Shown piece after piece: positions 63,275 to 64,000 of a stretch of DNA of 64,000 bases; the stretch's first letter is position 1; each line of letters opens with the position of its first letter. The stretch comes from Chrysomallon squamiferum (Eukaryota > Animalia > Mollusca). The notes under the pieces are model-generated. The model ran no database searches. It saw nothing but the letters and a program-made list of their open reading frames with translations, and was not told the origin of the DNA. The DNA is taken from positions 1,736,001-1,800,000 of the forward strand of contig CM022665.1 in assembly GCA_012295275.1 (NCBI GenBank), read 5' to 3'. The position numbers and the translations under genes were made by a program.

Positions 63275-64000
63275 GGATTTTTTCTTTATTTTTACTTTAT
63301 TTTGTTTTTAATTATTATTATTATTATTATTTTTTTTTTTGGTTATACAGTGTAAATTAGTAAGCACATCTTTTTAACTCAGTGATTATCAATGGGATTT
63401 TGTCATTTCATTCTATAAAATAAAATATTATTAGTAGCAGTAGTAACAGTAGTAGTAGTAGTAGTAGTAGTACATATTTTAACTTGTTTTATTTTATACA
63501 TTTTTATACTTTATATTATATTTAATGTCTAGATAATGTTTGTCAGTTTTTTATTTAAATCATTCATATTTAATCATTCTGGTTGCACGCAATACAACAC
63601 AGACATTAACAAAATATAGAAGGTGTGTAACAGACAGATCAGTTATGACTCTTCATTCCACATAATAACCTTTGTGAAGTCACAAATATTTAGTTTTTTT
63701 TATCTTTTCATCCAGTGTAAACTGAGCCCTGTAACAAACTAAATTCATCTGTCAATGTCAGGTTGCCTAGAACAGCCTTAAGTTGTTAACTAGTAATTTA
63801 CTAACAGTAATAATGTACTTGTACATTTTAATTGTATCAGGAGAATAAAAATTAAATAAAAGTACAGTCTGTTGAGTATCTCGGAAATAAGTTAGATTGT
63901 TATGAATTAGAAATTTAGTAATAATAACAATTTTTTGTTTTTGAGTATGCTTGATAGAAGTTACCTTATTGTGAATTAGAAATTTAGTGATAATATTTTT

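Noticed and set aside
63903-63995. Repeated TGAATTAGAAATTTAGT(A/G)ATAATA about 69 bp apart
   Set aside because: Only two copies at the window edge; may begin a tandem repeat but cannot be characterised, and it is not a CRISPR array.

Overview
AT-rich, CpG-depleted, intron-containing animal genomic DNA. It is an invertebrate, possibly a mollusc or other lophotrochozoan (taxon is inference only); there are no prokaryotic features. Four complete spliced genes can be built by hand from GT-AG boundaries: B4GAT1 (+, 2 exons, 419 aa); a CPI-17/PHI-1-family PP1 inhibitor PPP1R14 (-, 4 exons, 166 aa, 17-kb first intron); an LRP11/MANSC-family type I membrane protein (+, 8 exons, 833 aa); and PCMT1 (-, 5 exons, 229 aa). 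The first coding exon of an unidentified gene lies at 57455-57562 (+), and a probable divergent transcript runs off the left edge. Main points of interest: (1) PPP1R14 <- -> LRP11 -> <- PCMT1 matches the order and orientation recalled for human 6q25.1 and echoes the PPP1R14A/SPINT2 and PPP1R14D/SPINT1 pairs; (2) PCMT1 appears to have a splice-switchable C-terminus (RWS vs KDEL-like RSKTEF), paralleling mammalian RWK/RDEL; (3) an unexplained promoter-like island downstream of PCMT1 precedes a spliced 34-aa ORF that shares PCMT1's putative terminal exon in another frame; (4) a decayed Tc1/mariner-pogo-type MITE and cruciform-prone (AAT)n(ATT)n palindromes are present. Most short ORFs in the supplied track are spurious.
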